Positions 1-14,639 are shown, numbered from the stretch's first letter. The stretch is DNA of 64,000 bases from Amphiscolops sp. MND2022 (GCA_964187785.1 OZ076409.1:41046001-41110000), one strand, 5' to 3'. Translations and numbers: made by a program. Notes: generated by a model not told the origin, from the sequence alone.

Positions 1-1959
1 AAAACAACTGAAGGCGTTCTCCTGTAGGCTTTTTGATGGGATATGTGCGAGTTTCTGATAAAAATGATAAAAATTCAAGCTTTAATTTGACACAAAAATT
101 GTCGAAAAGTCCTAAAAAATCCAGTTTATGTAGGTTCTTCATGTTATTTGAGTATCATTTTTGAGAATAATGGTAAGGTAGATGGTTCAAAATATTCCGA
201 GGTGATAGAATTAGGTATGTAGTTTTCATTCTGATGAGAAAAAACAGTCTTTTACATCAGAAATTTTTCAAGTTTGTCGTTTTTCCTGCAGTTTGTGTTC
301 AATTTTTTTAAATTTCTGTGATCAAGAAAGTTCAAAACACTCAAAAACGATGAAACTAGCTATGCAGTATGCTATCTTAAAGAGTGTTGGAGTATTTAGC
401 ATCAAAAGTACTTCAAAAGTGGCCCTGATTAGTCCGATATAAAATGTCTAAATTCATCGTTTCTTATACAAAGTTCCAAATTTTTTGAGAAGTTTCCATC
501 GTTGGAAGAAGAAAAACCCTCAAAAGCGAACGAATGCGTTGTTCAGTAGGTTTTTTGCAGGTGAATTGCAGTTTCACGTTAGAAAAGAGCCTCAAAATGA
601 CCCCAAAATAATCGAAAAACGTTTTGGCAGTTGCTTGACAAATTAGTGAATTTCTATTGAAAGTTACCAAGTTTTCGTAATATTCTAAAAGTCTAAATTT
701 TTTGAGTAGGCATGCAGAATATCCAAAAAAATATATACAATTGTGTATGCAAAAAGTTCGTCAGAATGATTTGAACTTTAGCGAAAATCCGTTTTTTTGT
801 TTTTGAAATGTTGATTTACTTTTATGTAAACGTTTCGAGCTATTTTGTAATTCAAGAATGAGTGGACCCGTTATTCAAAAAGCGTTTTTCAAAAGACATC
901 TACAGTTTCTTATAAAAGTTCCTCAAATGACCGCAAAGTTGTCGAAAAGCAAAAATCAACAATGTTTGATATTTTTTCAACTTCACGCAAATTTAAAGAA
1001 AATTTGATTGGTTAGGTTACACGCAATCTGACGAAAAAACAAATAGGTGTTTGGTGTCTTCTTAAAGTGTTTCCTTCTGAAATGGCATAACATTATTTAA
1101 AAAGTGTCAAACCTTTTTCTATCAAACCTCTAAGCGTTTTCATAGTGTAATGGCTACTCTTGAGTCTCAAAAATATGTCATTGCTTGAACAGTTTGGACG
1201 GAAAATATCCTGCTGGTCAGCGGGCGTCTTGTTGAAAATAAAACACGTTTATTATAGTGGTGTATTGTCGTTTGTTTAAATCCGCAAGAACTGACCAGAT
1301 TAGTTCTACTCAATTCTACAGAAATTTAAAATCTTGACATGCTCCATTCGGCACAGTGAACTGAACTCTATACTAAACGCTTTTTTTGATTTAAACAAAA
1401 TATGGTTTTATATCCGTATTTTTTCGTTAAATCCGAAGTAATTGATTTTTTTGGTTGAAAGGAAGCAAAAAATCCTTCGATGAATTGGTAATTCTGGTGC
1501 GAAGAAAAGCAAAAAAGGCCTTTTAGACCCAAAAGGATCCCCTTCTCGGTTTGTTTGGTTCTATGAAAATGAGAATTTATTCAAAAAGAATCCCTGGCGC
1601 TTTGAAGAAAATCTGCGTTTTTGAGCTTTAAGCGGCGCGTCTACTTGTGCCTTTCCCTGGTTGTTTTGCTTGGAGCGATCTTAAACACTCTAGAAAACGT
1701 TGTGAAACTTGCAAAGAACCTTCCAATTTTTATAAGAACTTAATGTACTCTATCAAAGAATGTATAAAGAAATAACGTCACAACATTCGGAAGCAATCAA
1801 ACAGCAAATAAGCACGAAACAACCGACTATCAAAAGCACGAGTTTGAAATTATCCACAAAATCGAACCTTTCAAGCCATCTACTTTTTCATCGTTCAAAA
1901 CTGCTCACAGAACTGTTGCCACTGAAAGGTTCGATTATGTGGATTGGATAATTTCAAAT

Positions 1960-2560
1960 TCTGAATGACATTGAATTCGATTTCTCTCGATATCCATGAG
2001 ATTTTTCCAATATTCATTGACTGTCTCGTTATCTTCCTGTTTGGTTATTGAAGAATTGAGCTCTGATGGCGTATACCTTTCTTGTGGGTGAAAACGTCCT
2101 CTAGAACAATTTTGGTAGTTCTTGTAGACTGATGTCTTTTAGTTCTTCTCCCCAATGGGCTCTTACTATCTGATGTTTTGCCTTCGGACCCAATGCCCAA
2201 ATGACATCGCCTTTGATAGGATGAGTTATTTGTTCGTCCAGGGAATCTGCTCCCAGATACATCAGTTCGTCCAAGTTTTTCTGGTATGTGAGGTCAATGT
2301 ATTCTAAGATTTGTTCCCACCACATTCTCGGGATTGTTTTCGTCCGATACGTTTCTCTATTCGAAATAAATTGGTATTTTGTATTTGTTTTTCTCCATCC
2401 TTTCTTTAACCGTGGTTTGATTCGGGGCGGTCTGGTAGGGTGTGTTTGTAGTATCCATATTTTCTCGTCCTTTATGCCGACTGCGGAATGTAATAAACTG
2501 ATGAAAAGGAGATGAAATGAATCTTTAGTTGTAAAAGGCAACGTATATACTAGAAAGGAA
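1960..2560 (-). pseudogene. Decayed Ty3/Gypsy-type gag fragment
   Basis: ORF 2101..2541 (PRMWWEQILEYIDLTYQ...KGDVIWALGPKAKHQI) continues through broken frames into RAQFFN...QEDNETVNEYWK, which reads like a retrotransposon gag capsid segment. Ends approximate. Confidence 0.5.
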
Positions 2561-4583
2561 ACTCAGTATTGTAAGTATTGTAAGTGTGTGCATTATACTT
2601 TATCAAACATGAAGCACTAGATGAATGAATGTAGTGTCTAAGATGTTCAAGTAAAGTAAAGCAGGTACTTCTATGTCAGAGTTGATTGACATCCTCTATT
2701 CTTCACTTCTTCCTCGTCCAAAACTTCTGCTATAACTGTTGCCAATCTCAGTCCAGGAAAAAATAAAGAAGCTAATTGCCGAAAAGGCCGACAAATCACC
2801 ACAACTACAGAGTCTGACAAATGTCAGTTTTCTGTACAAGTGCTTCCTAATTGTGAGGGAGGAGAAAACCAAGTTTCACAGAAGCAGTGGTTTTAGGCTT
2901 TATTCTACAGGATATAGTGAATTTACGCCTTATTCCACCAAAATACATTCATATTAGGCCTTTTTCGAAAGTTCCAAAAAACGTCCAAACACTGGAATAA
3001 CAAATATAAAGCGGAACAGCGACTGGAATTGATGACAATACGTATATACAACGCAATAACGACTAAATTTGATGAACACAGTAATTTCAGGCCTGATTCC
3101 ACCAGAAACAGCAGTTTTAGGCTTTTTAAAAACAGTAATTTAAAGCCACCGAATTTATTCCACCGAATTCAGTATTTTTATACCTTATTTTATCAAGTTC
3201 AGTGATTTTATGCCTTATTTCACCAATATACAGTGATGATAGGCAATATTCCACCGGATTAGCGATTTTGGCGATCAGAAAAGAATCCAGAAAATCCAGA
3301 ACTTTTTGACTAATTTCCTTGGATCCGAACATTGTTCGAAAACTTCGATGTTTTTTATCATCAAAAAATAGAATTTTCCGCAGAAGTTCACACGAAAATG
3401 TCCGCAAAACCCTCTAATAAATGCTTTTTTCAGCTTTTCCGGCTTTGCGACGAGCTACGGCGACGAAAAATAGTTTGAATGTTTTTACCAATCAAAACCG
3501 CTGATTTTAATGTCTGACTTTCAAAGTAATCCTCAAAAGATCATATGGACCTTCTTTATCGCCATTTTCCATTTTACCAAACTCGGAAAGTAAAAAAGTT
3601 TTTCTAGCAATTTAAGTTCAAAAGATGTTTTCTAAGAAAAAAATCCAGTTTTACAAAATTCGTTGCCAGACTGGCTCTCGTAGACTATTTGTTTGCGTCT
3701 TTTTGTAACATCTGTGCTTGCAAAATTTGAGGATTTTACCTGCGAAAACCTGTAAAACTTCCTGTAAAACGCGGGGTTTCTCTTCAACTTCCTTGTTGTT
3801 GCTCTGAAAACATTCCAAATTGTTGAGGAATCCCATTGAATACCTGTAAAATTAGTGACCCATAATGAATATTCTAGCATGAAAACTTCTCTAATCAGCT
3901 CCTAAAAGCCTCCTTCCTAAACTTTCATTCATGCGACAGTCACCCTGGTTGAGAAATTTTAAAAAAAATGTTGCAGGAATCCTAGTAAGTATTTGCAGGC
4001 TAGTGCATTCTGCCGGCATTCTTGAAAGGGCCTTCACATTTAGTGTACAGCTTGCAAGATTTTTTTGTTGTTCTGGAAACTTGTTGCAGAAAACAGACAG
4101 ACCTTGTCTGAATTTTTAGCAAAAACATTGAATTTAGTAATCGCAGTCATTGATTGCTAATCCAGCTGAAAGTAAATAAAGCTAAATGATAAACAGCATG
4201 GTAGTACGTATAATTTTTACTGATACCTTCTTCTGAAATAAAATTTATTTTATCGCTGCGTTTTTTATCGATTTTTGAAAACTCCGAAAGCTTCCTGTAT
4301 ATGTAACTTGAATTCAGTCTAGACTTGATTAAATCTAATGCAAACGCTTTTATCGATCTTTTTTCCTTCACTGCGTTTAAATTGTGATTTACTGAAGTCT
4401 AAACAAAGCAGCCGAGACAAGAATATGTTCTTGAGTTTCGAATTTTCGAATATTTTCATTGTTTTATGTACGCGGAACGAAAACGATTCACTGCTTTTTC
4501 CAGTGTTGCAATTCAGATTTCCCTGGACTTTCAATTTCCAATGGTGATTCCATACTGTTCCCCTGTTCCTGAAATGAATTAGG

Positions 4584-4789
4584 AAATCGAGTGGAAGCAT
4601 TATAATTTTTTACGAGTGAATTTTCTGATGAGATATTCAATCTCTGATGATATTCAATTTGTGATGAGATATTCAATGAGACTATATATAGTCTCATTGA
4701 ATATCTCATCACAAATTGAATATCATCAGAGATTGAATATCTCATCAGAGAATTCACTCGTAAAAAATTATAATGCTTCCACTCGATTT
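4584..4789. repeat. 206-bp loopless palindrome (one mismatch) with internal TGATGAGATATTCAA sub-repeats
   Basis: Centre GACTATA|TATAGTC at 4686/4687; arms pair out to 4584/4789. The ORF track gives nearly the same peptide on both strands. Confidence 0.95.
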
Positions 4790-5970
4790 ACTATAGTCAA
4801 TGTGAAAGCTATAAGCTTCTCGTGAAAATATCAGGTCCAACTTGGCTATTAATTTTGTCAAAAAGTGTGAGAACTCAAGTTGTATTGTTCAAAGCGTCTA
4901 AATTTCAAATCCATTTCTTGTACGGGCAGTTCTCAAAAAATTAATTGGCAGCCCACTTAATTGATGATCTCACCACAGCTAAAGTCAGTTTCGATCGAAC
5001 GTTGGACCTTGTTTCATATGACTAGCCCCCCAAATGAAACGTTGCTATTTAAATATATAAACGTTGCCAATTGGATTCAAAAGTATCGAAAAATTCTGAA
5101 CATGTCGAAAACCTTAGAGACAATTGTCCTTCAGGTATTTGTAACCATATCAAATTCTTTCATTTGTGCAAAAATGTTTTCAGGAAAAAAATGGTTTTCT
5201 TGTTGGGAGGAAAATAAGAAGCAAGGTGTACCTGGGGAATAAGAAACCTGGTCCCAGAAGTTTACTGACTGATTATGATACATTGAGGGGGTTTTCAGGA
5301 CACGCCAACCAAAATTTTTCACCTGCTCGCGAATTCTTTAAACTGACTTATTGGCGGTAGCTAGACTCTAAACTTGTTAACGCATATGATCGATCGGCAC
5401 ATGTGTGAAAATTTTCGAATTCTTTTCAGTCCAATTCGTGTTAACATCTCCGACCGAACTCTTTCCATCAATTAGGTTGTTATTAGGCAAACATTAGGTG
5501 TCAAAGTTCGTTTATCTTTTACGTCCAATGAGTGACAAATGACAACCGTGTAAACATAGTTTGACTTCTTTTTAGTTACATGGACATGGGAAGACTTAAG
5601 TCTTCTTCTCTAATTGCCCCTCCAATATTTTCATGCTGCAAATTCGTGTTCTTTTAAATGAACGTGATTTAACTAGTTCTCTCGAGAGGTTGTTGAAGTT
5701 CATTGATTATGTGAAATTCCTTTCGAGCTATCCTAATTTCATGACATTGAAGCGTCCAGAAATGATTTTTGATATTGGTAAAAGAGAAAATTATCAGATA
5801 TATTTGATAATAAAAACATCAAATGCCGCGTATAGGCCATACATTAAATTTTCCGAATTTTGTTTCCGAATTTTCCGAACAAATGTCTTTGAAGGTTGCC
5901 AGGAACAATTTAAAATTTGCAAGTTTTATTCGACTACTACTACCAAGTTTTAATTACGCATCTGTCACCT

Positions 5971-6925
5971 CGGGTTGAACCTCCATGGATATCTTTCCAA
6001 TATCTTGTCAAGATTTTGCCATGGTACGTATTTTGCCAAATTACGCATTTTGCCATGGTACGCATTTTGCCATGGTACGCATTTTGCCATGGTACGCATT
6101 TTGCCATGGTACGCATTTTGCCATATTACGTATTTTGCCAAGGTACGCATTTTACCATAGTACGCATTTTGCCATGGTACGCATCATGGCAACCCCGGTT
6201 GACCCTCTTACTAGCATCTCCAAGTTGGCCGTCTTGGCAAGATCTTGCCAAATTCTTACTACATCTTGGCAACCATGGAACCCATGGCAAGATTCTTATT
6301 AAGATCTTACTGAGATAATACATCATTCCAAGATCGTACCTTATCACGATGGACAAAATTCTAAGATTATAAAAAACACTATACCTCCGGTACAAGCAGC
6401 CGAGACTATCTAAAGGCTAATTTCACCCAACAACGACTATTTCTACTCGTTTTCATAATCAAAATGCTTCAACCCGCTGAAATAAATTTGCATGCAAAAT
6501 GTGCGAAAAATTACGATAACGTATTCTGGCTTCCGAAATTCTGACGAGAATCCTAATAACTTCTCACCTGCTTAATACTGAAACATAAGAATGTACCAAA
6601 TAAGAAGGGACTTTTGAAAATTTGTAACGTATCACTCCTGTCGATCCCAGACACGGAGAAAAATGCTCTTAAACGTCAAAAGCCACTATCGAAAAGTTAC
6701 ACAGGGAATTATAAGAAATCCGGAAACAATTTAAATCTGCAAAAAAGTTGATTTGTTGACTTCCTTTCAGATTTTTTACTGGCCAAATAGGATTTTGTAA
6801 TGAAATTTTTCTTGAGATCATGGCTCTCTTAATAAGATCTTACCATGACATCTTGCAATTCTAGGCAATATCTTGGCAAGATCTTGCCAAGATCTTACTA
6901 AGATATCCATGGAGGGTCGACCCGG
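5971..6925. mobile_element. MITE/foldback-like element with terminal inverted repeats and CAAGATCTTG sub-repeats
   Basis: CGGGTTGAACCTCCATGGATATCTT at 5971 versus AAGATATCCATGGAGGGTCGACCCG ending near 6925. The body (6195-6925) is collinear with 21475-22393. Confidence 0.65.
6012..6185. repeat. 17-bp minisatellite (ATTTTGCCATGGTACGC)n
   Basis: About ten tandem copies seen directly; explains the repetitive ORFs (MVRILPWYAFCHGTHF). Confidence 0.95.
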
Positions 6926-6927
6926 GA

Positions 6928-7087
6928 AGGTACGCATTTGACCATATTACGCATTTTGCCATGGTACGCATTTTGCCATGGTACGCATTTTGTCATGGTA
7001 CGCATCATGCCAAGGTACGCATTTTGCCATATTACGTATTTTGCCAAGCTGCGCATTTTGCCATATTACGCATTTTGCCATGGTACG
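6928..7087. repeat. Second array of the same 17-bp minisatellite
   Basis: About nine tandem copies of ATTTTGCCATGGTACGC variants. Confidence 0.95.
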
Positions 7088-9554
7088 ATCTTATCAAGAC
7101 AGGCATGTTTCAAACGGAAGTTCCGAGAAACGTCCTTTTAGAAAAAAGAAGAAGAAAAACATTGCTTAGAACTGCGTGATAGGGAAAAAACAGCTGCAGA
7201 AAAAATTAAATTATTTTTGATGAACAGTAAAATGACATATAATCTGAAATTTACTCGAAATTTTAAAATTACTGGTAAGAATCTTTACAACCGCAAGAAA
7301 AAGACAAAAAACCACTGAACTCATATGATACGGAAATACATGTCTAAAGAGCACTAAAACTACTATAAAAAATCTCAACAATTGCATTTTAAACTACAGG
7401 AATAACATCTAAAAATGACTAAAATAATATCTAATTATTACAGGAAAAAATCTAATTACCACTAGAAAAAAAAATCAAAAACATCATTTGTATAAAAGTT
7501 CAAATCACTAGAATAGTATCTGAAAATGATGAATTTTAGGTTTTATTCCACCGGAATATCGAAATTTTTGATGAAACTTTCACTGATTCGATTTAATTTT
7601 ATTAAGCTGCCTACAAAATGTATCCTAAACTTGTAGTTTTCAGGAGTCAGAAAAAATTTTTGACTACTTATGCAATCGTGTCGTTTTTTTTCTCCTGACC
7701 TTCCTATGAAAAATTCAAATTTCTCAAAAAATGTCCAAACTATTCCAATAAAATTTTTCACAGTCATTATACACCCAAAGGTGCTCCTGCTTGCGCAATG
7801 GCATCAAAATCGTATGACTAGGAAGTGAGAAATATAGCCTAAATTACCCCAAAAATGACCAAAATACAGCCATTTTTAGACTTTTTTGGATTTTCTCAAA
7901 AACTCTCCATACGATTCGAGGGAAATTTTATATTCGAAGGTCATTCTACACCATGTTAGAGTCTTAGATGTGCAGTGGCGTCAAAATCGTATGGCTGGGA
8001 TCTGAGAAACAAAGTCAAAATTAGCCCAAAAATGACAAAAAAGCCAATTTTGGACTTTTTCGATTTTTTCAAATATTTTAAACTGCTTGAAAACTTTTAT
8101 GGAGTCTCTCTACACCATTATAAGGGCTTATTGTGTGCAATTTCATCAAATTCGTATGACTGGGGTTCGAGCGAATCAGAAGGAAGAAGACATAAACCGA
8201 CTCCTTTACCGCACATGCGGCTCTGGTTCCGAGTGAAATCAGTGAAATTTCAATGCATGGAACTTTCCTTGAGAATTTTATAAAACCATGGAAAGTTAAC
8301 TTGATAACGTACAAAAACTTGTAAAAAGTTCAAGCAGCTTCAACCAGGGCGAAAGCAAAGGGATCGCGCCGGTGAAGAAGTGGGAATGTTTTCAATGTTA
8401 CTTGAAGTAGTGGAAGCTCATTGTAATCTTACAAAATGTTTCCATGTATGCTCCCTGAATTTTCCATGTTTTGTGAAAAAAGCATGCATGATTAAATGCA
8501 GCAAGCAATTTTGACTATGGACCTCATTTAGGTGGTTTTAGTTTTAATTCTAGTTCTATAATAAAAACTACAGCCACAGGAATGAGATTCAAAGTTCCCA
8601 TGGTCGACGATGATTTCCCGCAATCTCATTCCAGAAATTTTGAATTCTTACAAGAAATCAATGTTTACTGTAAAAAAGCGCGTAAAGACCCGGTATAAGA
8701 ACTAATTTTTAGAAGTGTAGCTATTTCTTGAACTCTTAGGAAGATTCTTGCCATGGGAGTCATGGCTTACAAGTTGTAGTAAGAATTTGGTAAGATCCTG
8801 CCATTGCAGCCGTGATACCAGTAAGAGGGTCAACCAGGGACGATAAAAACTAGAATCTAATCCTCAGGAATGTCCTGAGAATTCTCACAGAAACTTCAAA
8901 CAAAGCATTTTCAAAACTAGGTGAAGTTCTGACACACTTTTGACCCTTTCGAAAATGTGTGTTATTTGAGAGCATTTCACACTCAGAGAAAAATGCTATG
9001 TCTTTTTTTCTCCATAGCACTGTATCACTGTCAGTTGATTAATTTTGCCGTTTATGCGAAGTATTAAATTTTTCTTATTTCCGATAGGTTTTGCCAAAAA
9101 GAGAGCGGTAGAAATACTCTTCTTAAATTACCATTTTGTGGACCTATAAACGGCTATACAAGAACTTTTAAAAATCAAAGTTTCAAGATGATCAATCTTC
9201 TCCCCTAATGAGTTTTGTAAGAGTATGCGAAAATATAAAACACCATCGTGGGTTCGAATCCGTTCTGATGCGTTACATTTTTAGCGTAAAATTTCCCGAT
9301 GCTTAGCGGGCGTCTTCTTCTTTATTCGCTTCCTGACTTACCGTTCCCCAAAGTCTCTAGTTTTTTAGTTCAATATTAGGGGTTTATTATTAGTCTTCCT
9401 ATTGCGTTTACCACATTTTCATTTGTGACTTTTGGTGATAGTCTCGTTTGTTTAGTTTACCGGTAACTTGGTTTCTAACTCAAAAGCGATAATTCTGATA
9501 TCTGTTGTCTTTCACTTGCTTTTTCTCACTCTCTCTCTCTCTCTCTCTCTCTGA

Positions 9555-10886
9555 TTGATTGCTTCCGGCCAATTGTATTCTTTAGATTGTCTGCTTGATA
9601 TCGTTCAACCTGTCCTTACCGAAAGGCGGTCTTTTATCCGTTCTTCCAGGTTTGAAAACTCCCGTTTCCTGTTTGCTGCTCTCGCATTCATTGTTTACCC
9701 GTTTCCCAGGAACTTCGCTTCGTTTTACCTTAGGTCTTGAAATCAGCTATATTGTTTTCTGGGCTTCCGTTGCCTTCAGTATCTCGTTTACTTTGACATT
9801 ATAGCTATCAGTGAACCCGTTATAGTAACGAATTCTTCAGTCATTCCATTGATCTCGACTTGAGCCGTATAGTGTTTCAAGGTTAACCTTGTTTGTTTCT
9901 TCTAAAAGGTTATATGTTTTCATCGGATTTGCTTCTTGTTTCGTCAGTTTTGTTCTTTTCTCATTCGGTGAATTTTCTAGTGTCTGATTCTCACACCTCC
10001 AATGTTTGCATGCCCTTGCAAAGTGTCTTTTCTTTACGCAATTTATACAGTTTGATTCTGCTGCGAGGCATTCAGGTATTGGGCTCCAGTTTGATTCGTT
10101 GCAGAATCGGCTTGATCGAATATAAAATTTTAGGTTTGTCGTTTTTGTTCCTAACTTTTCCAACTTTTGTATAGATTCTTCTATGAGCGTTTGTGTTTCG
10201 TTGACCGAATTTAGTACTCCTAATGCGTCGTTTTTCTTGTTTTCTGCTCACGTATAATACTTGATTTGTTAATTTCACTGGTTTCCTCTTTTCTAAGACT
10301 GTCACTTTTCATCATTTTGTCTCGTAGGGGTTTCTATGTTATGAATTTCCTTTCAGTTGATTTTAGTAGCTCTTCCGCTGTCGCGTCTTGATTACACTCT
10401 TGTTCTATGCACAATAGTTATGTCCGGAAGTCTTCTGGTGTTCGGTTCTTCGACTGTTTTGCCCAAAAACACCTCACAGCATGTGGTATATATCCTGTTT
10501 TGGTAAGTAGGACTTTTTAAATGTTTGATGGGGTATTTTAATTCCAACTCGTCTACGTCTGCTCCGTCATCTGATATAATGCTTATGACCCGATGCCCCA
10601 AACGAATCTCTTTTTTGTAGTTCTGCTTCTTTTCCAGTCCAATCTGTGTCTGCCATTTCTTGTCTTTGGACTAGTGAGATGATGTCTATCTTGTGTTCTC
10701 TTTTTGTGAAGTGCCGAAATCGGCCGAGTTATTGTCTCGGTGTGAATACCGGTTTCCCGTCTGATGCTTTGGCCTTTAGGTTTGGTACGGTTGATTTCTC
10801 TACCATCTTCGGTTATCTGTTCCTTTGTTAAGTTAAGTTTCATTAATAGTTACTGATAACAAAATCGGCTGACTGCCCCATGTTGT
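9555..10886 (-). pseudogene. Decayed 5' part of an LTR retrotransposon (LTR end, PBS, gag relic)
   Basis: Minus strand reads ...ACAACA|TGGGGCAGTCAGCC at 10886-10867 (LTR end followed by a TGG primer-binding site). Broken ORFs include a zinc-knuckle relic CLAAESNCINCVKKRHFARAC. Confidence 0.5.
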
Positions 10887-13800
10887 GTTCTTAGCTAAAT
10901 ATTAAGAAGAGAACTTTGTTTTTAAGAATACTTTCTTCTATCGCCCATTCCACATAAAGATATCTTCAACTATGTAATGAATGCATCAAATTTACATAGC
11001 ATGCCATTTGTCAGTAACAATTCTGCTTTGTCTAACGTTGGAAACTAAGTGAAGGTCAAATTGGTTTCAACCGTATAACACAACGACCTTCAACGACAGA
11101 AGTATACCGATTCAAATGTTGCAAAAGCCTTTCAATGCTGTTGAGACAGTTTGAAACTAAAAATTAAGAATGATCATTTTAATGTTTTGAAGCACATTTT
11201 GAATCTAAAATGCAACTGAGACAACGAGAATGTGTTTCACAACTCGAAAAGCTTTTCTGCTGCATATTATTTCCAGTTCACGCCATGGGAGAAATTGAGA
11301 GTCGGATACAAAAAGCGGCGATATTAAAATCTGAAAAACACCCATAATGCTCAACATTGCAATGTTCAGAGTTGAGTATTACGCATTTATAGTTGAAAAA
11401 AGGCTTTTGACACTCTTTTTTATGGAAGTGATGGGAAAAATCGAATTTTGAAAACTTGAATTTCATTGAAAAGTGGTGTAATCGTTTTGCAACTGAAAAT
11501 TTTTTTTGACTTCTCGATGTTCTCGAAAAATGATTGCAAAAAGTGTACTTTTTTTCAATTACGAAGGTTTTTCGAATAGTGTTCAGTCCACGCATTGCCA
11601 TGCATGACATCTCTGAGTTTACATTTTCCTTGCATGGCCATGCATAGATTCGGACAATTTCACATGGTCATGTGTTTTATGATTATTTTTAAAAATTTGA
11701 TTTTAGTGAATAATTGAAAATTGAATTGAAGTTAAAATGAAATTTATCAACCTAATTAATTATACGTGATTTCAGTGCTGAAAACACAATTATGCTTTTC
11801 TAAGTCGGTTCAACAAGCTACCGTACAATATTTCAAAACATGTTGGTGAGCAATGGTCGGCTTAAAGCTGGGGCGTTCTCATGGTCACAAAAGTCTGGTT
11901 GATCACTGTTGATCATTCCATTTCATCGTTTCTCGGTCAAATGCGTTATTTTTTCATCACAACACTAAACTAGCTGGGAAGGACTTGGTCAAAACCCGAA
12001 AATAGAGAGTCGAGAAAAACTTGAACGTGGTACTTGACCCTATGCAGGCCAAATGCTATAACCACTGCATCCTGAAAAAAACACGCCCACAAAAATCTTC
12101 AGACCCATTTTACTATAGTGGCAAAAAGACAAAAACGTGATTGAAATTTTAATCGAATAGACGGAATAGAAAGCACATTTAGCATCAATGTACAAGGAGG
12201 TCTCCATCTTGAGAGTACACCATTTAACAAGATTCCCAGCAAACTATCGGCAATCACCAATAAAAGCTACAAGAACATTAAAAAACCGCTGGGCGCTCAT
12301 AGGCATTGATGTAACAGGTCACTTAATTTCAATTTTTCCCTTTCAGTATCCTTCTAATCGTTTCAGCGAGAACTTATTAGGTAAATCAAGGTTAAAACAT
12401 GAAAGAGGCCGTCATTTTATGTCAATTAGGGATGGTTCACCATCCTGTTGTATCCAGTTCCTTTGCATTTTTGCTTTAATAAAAAAGGAAATCTGGAAAA
12501 TGTATAAAATCTACTTGGGTAGTATTGTTGGCATGTTTTTTAACTGACTGTTCAACATGAATATTAATTTACTTTATTTCATTTTTCAAAAAACATTTCC
12601 AAAAATTGCTAATGCCGGTAAAATCTTGTACATGTTTGTGTTCACAGAAAGGTGGCAAAATTTAAGGCCTCTTTTCAGTCAATCAGGTCGAACATAATTT
12701 TATACTACAAAAGTTTGTGGATATCGGCTTTTTTCTTTTTGAGATTTTGCCTTTTTTAGTTTCTTGTTAACTCGAACTTTAAAAATCCCTGAAATTTGCA
12801 CCCATTTGAATATCACTAATTGAATTTTTCACGGATTGAATTCCATAAAATAACCTCCGGATCATTCACTTCATAAGGGATATAACATCAATTCAGTTGA
12901 GCCATATACTTTGACCACGCTATTTCATGGAGCACACATTTTTGAAACACTGATGGTGCTTTATATTGGACCTGTATTCTCCATCGAAGGTATAATTGTA
13001 TAAATTAGCATAACGTAGTCAACTAAGGCACACAGTGAAGAATTAAGAAGCTACTTCAAACCAAAAAGTGAAAACATCAAAATTACCATTTTCTGGCATA
13101 TGATGCGGATTTCTTCATTATTGATCTCCTCAAATGAAGCGCAAGTTTGCCTGAATAGTGGAATCTGGCTGATTTAATGCTTCAGGATGAACTATTTGAT
13201 TCGTTGCAACATTCCTAATATGGATAACTGAGGTCTCAACAGCGAATATTATAATCACCAATTCCAGCTTCTGATTATACAACTGAAGACAATTAATATT
13301 TAAAAATGTTAGTGTGAAAAAAACTATGTAGGTACTGCTATGATAAAAGATGAAAAAGATAAAAGCCATATTATGATCATATTTGAGAAAAAAGAAAGTC
13401 ATGACATGTTCTGGATATTTTTAGTCGACTGGCTTGGTGAGAAAGGTGCCCGACTAATACATCGATTACTGTTTTTTAGTTTTTTTTTCTAAGTGGACAA
13501 GCTGTAAGCGAACGTTCCACTTTTGAACAGAGCTTGTTCACACCGCCAGTTGTTACGATAGACGCTTCCCAAGTAGACTGTCGTCAGTTCTATGCCTGCT
13601 GAGGACTAAATATCTTTGTTTTTAAAGCCTGAAGATATCTTATGAGTTTATCGGCACTAATCTGCCTGATTTTTTTTGCCTATTTGGAAACACTGTGTGA
13701 CTTTTCGGGTGATCATCTGGAAAACTGATATGGAAATTGGCCTAATTCTCAGATCGCAGTGACAAAAAACTGAGAAAAAATTTGATCTACCCGAGATAAT

Positions 13801-14639
13801 ATCTTCATCGAAGTCTGAAGGTTTCATCGAAATATGGAGTAGGAATCATTCAGATCGTTGAAGAGTCTCCTTTGCCAATCTATTTTGCAGACAACCGAGG
13901 TCACAAATCAGTAAGGTTCGCATTGACAGGTTTGTGGCCACCTCGTGGGCACACCATTGTTTTGGAGACGTAATTTGGTTGAAAAGTAATTAGTGGCTGC
14001 TCTACATGTAGCAGCATTTCTCTGGGTCTAGCAAATTTGGAAAACAATTACAGTAAAAAAATGTTTTGTTATCCAGTTATCTCCTCCTCGTTGATTTTTG
14101 TGTATCATGCCTCTAAAAGTTGGTTATCTGAGCAGTAAAGATATAGGTCAGAACGAAATTAAATAACACCGAACGGATTCCGTTTGAAATGCGTTTGATG
14201 TTAGTATTTTTGGCTGTGGATCAATTGGAACCGAATTATCGCTGATAGTATTTGGAACTCTATCCGCTAGGATAATGTATTGGGTATTCGCAATGGTAGT
14301 CCGTCCTCAAATCAATACATTTCACTAAAATTTAGATCAAAGTGCCCTATTTTCTTCAAAACCAAAAAAGTTTGAAGTTTTTTATTTGAAGTTTTTCGAT
14401 TGAGACAATGAAAGCTGCTAAGCAATTAAATCATTAGGTCTCCCAGGCAATATGTTGTGATGGTCACAAGACAAAAGCGCCCCAGTCAAAAGCGCCCAAA
14501 ATATAAAATCAAAAGCACCCCAGTCATCAAAGGCTACATGACATTTGCTGACCTTTTCCACCACTCACTTTAAGTTCCGCACTCCAATTGAATAATTATG
14601 ATTTTTTCATGTTAAAACATTGTATTGACTATCCTAGTA

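Noticed and set aside
4488..4825. Two near-identical ORFs on opposite strands
   Set aside because: Artefact of the 206-bp palindrome.
6012..7087. Regular short repeats as a possible CRISPR array or repeat-protein gene
   Set aside because: Units are head-to-tail with no unique spacers and no cas genes; the ORFs are by-products of a stop-poor 17-mer.
9240..9280. GGTTCGAATCC B-box as a tRNA gene (similar motifs near 16140 and 42985)
   Set aside because: No cloverleaf or matching A-box could be built; at most SINE relics.
12180..14340. Short peptide fragments reminiscent of YWTD/NHL or EGF repeats (TDGALYWT, IYFADNRGHK, CIDLRTDYHCE)
   Set aside because: Too short, interrupted by stops and on mixed strands; no consistent gene model.
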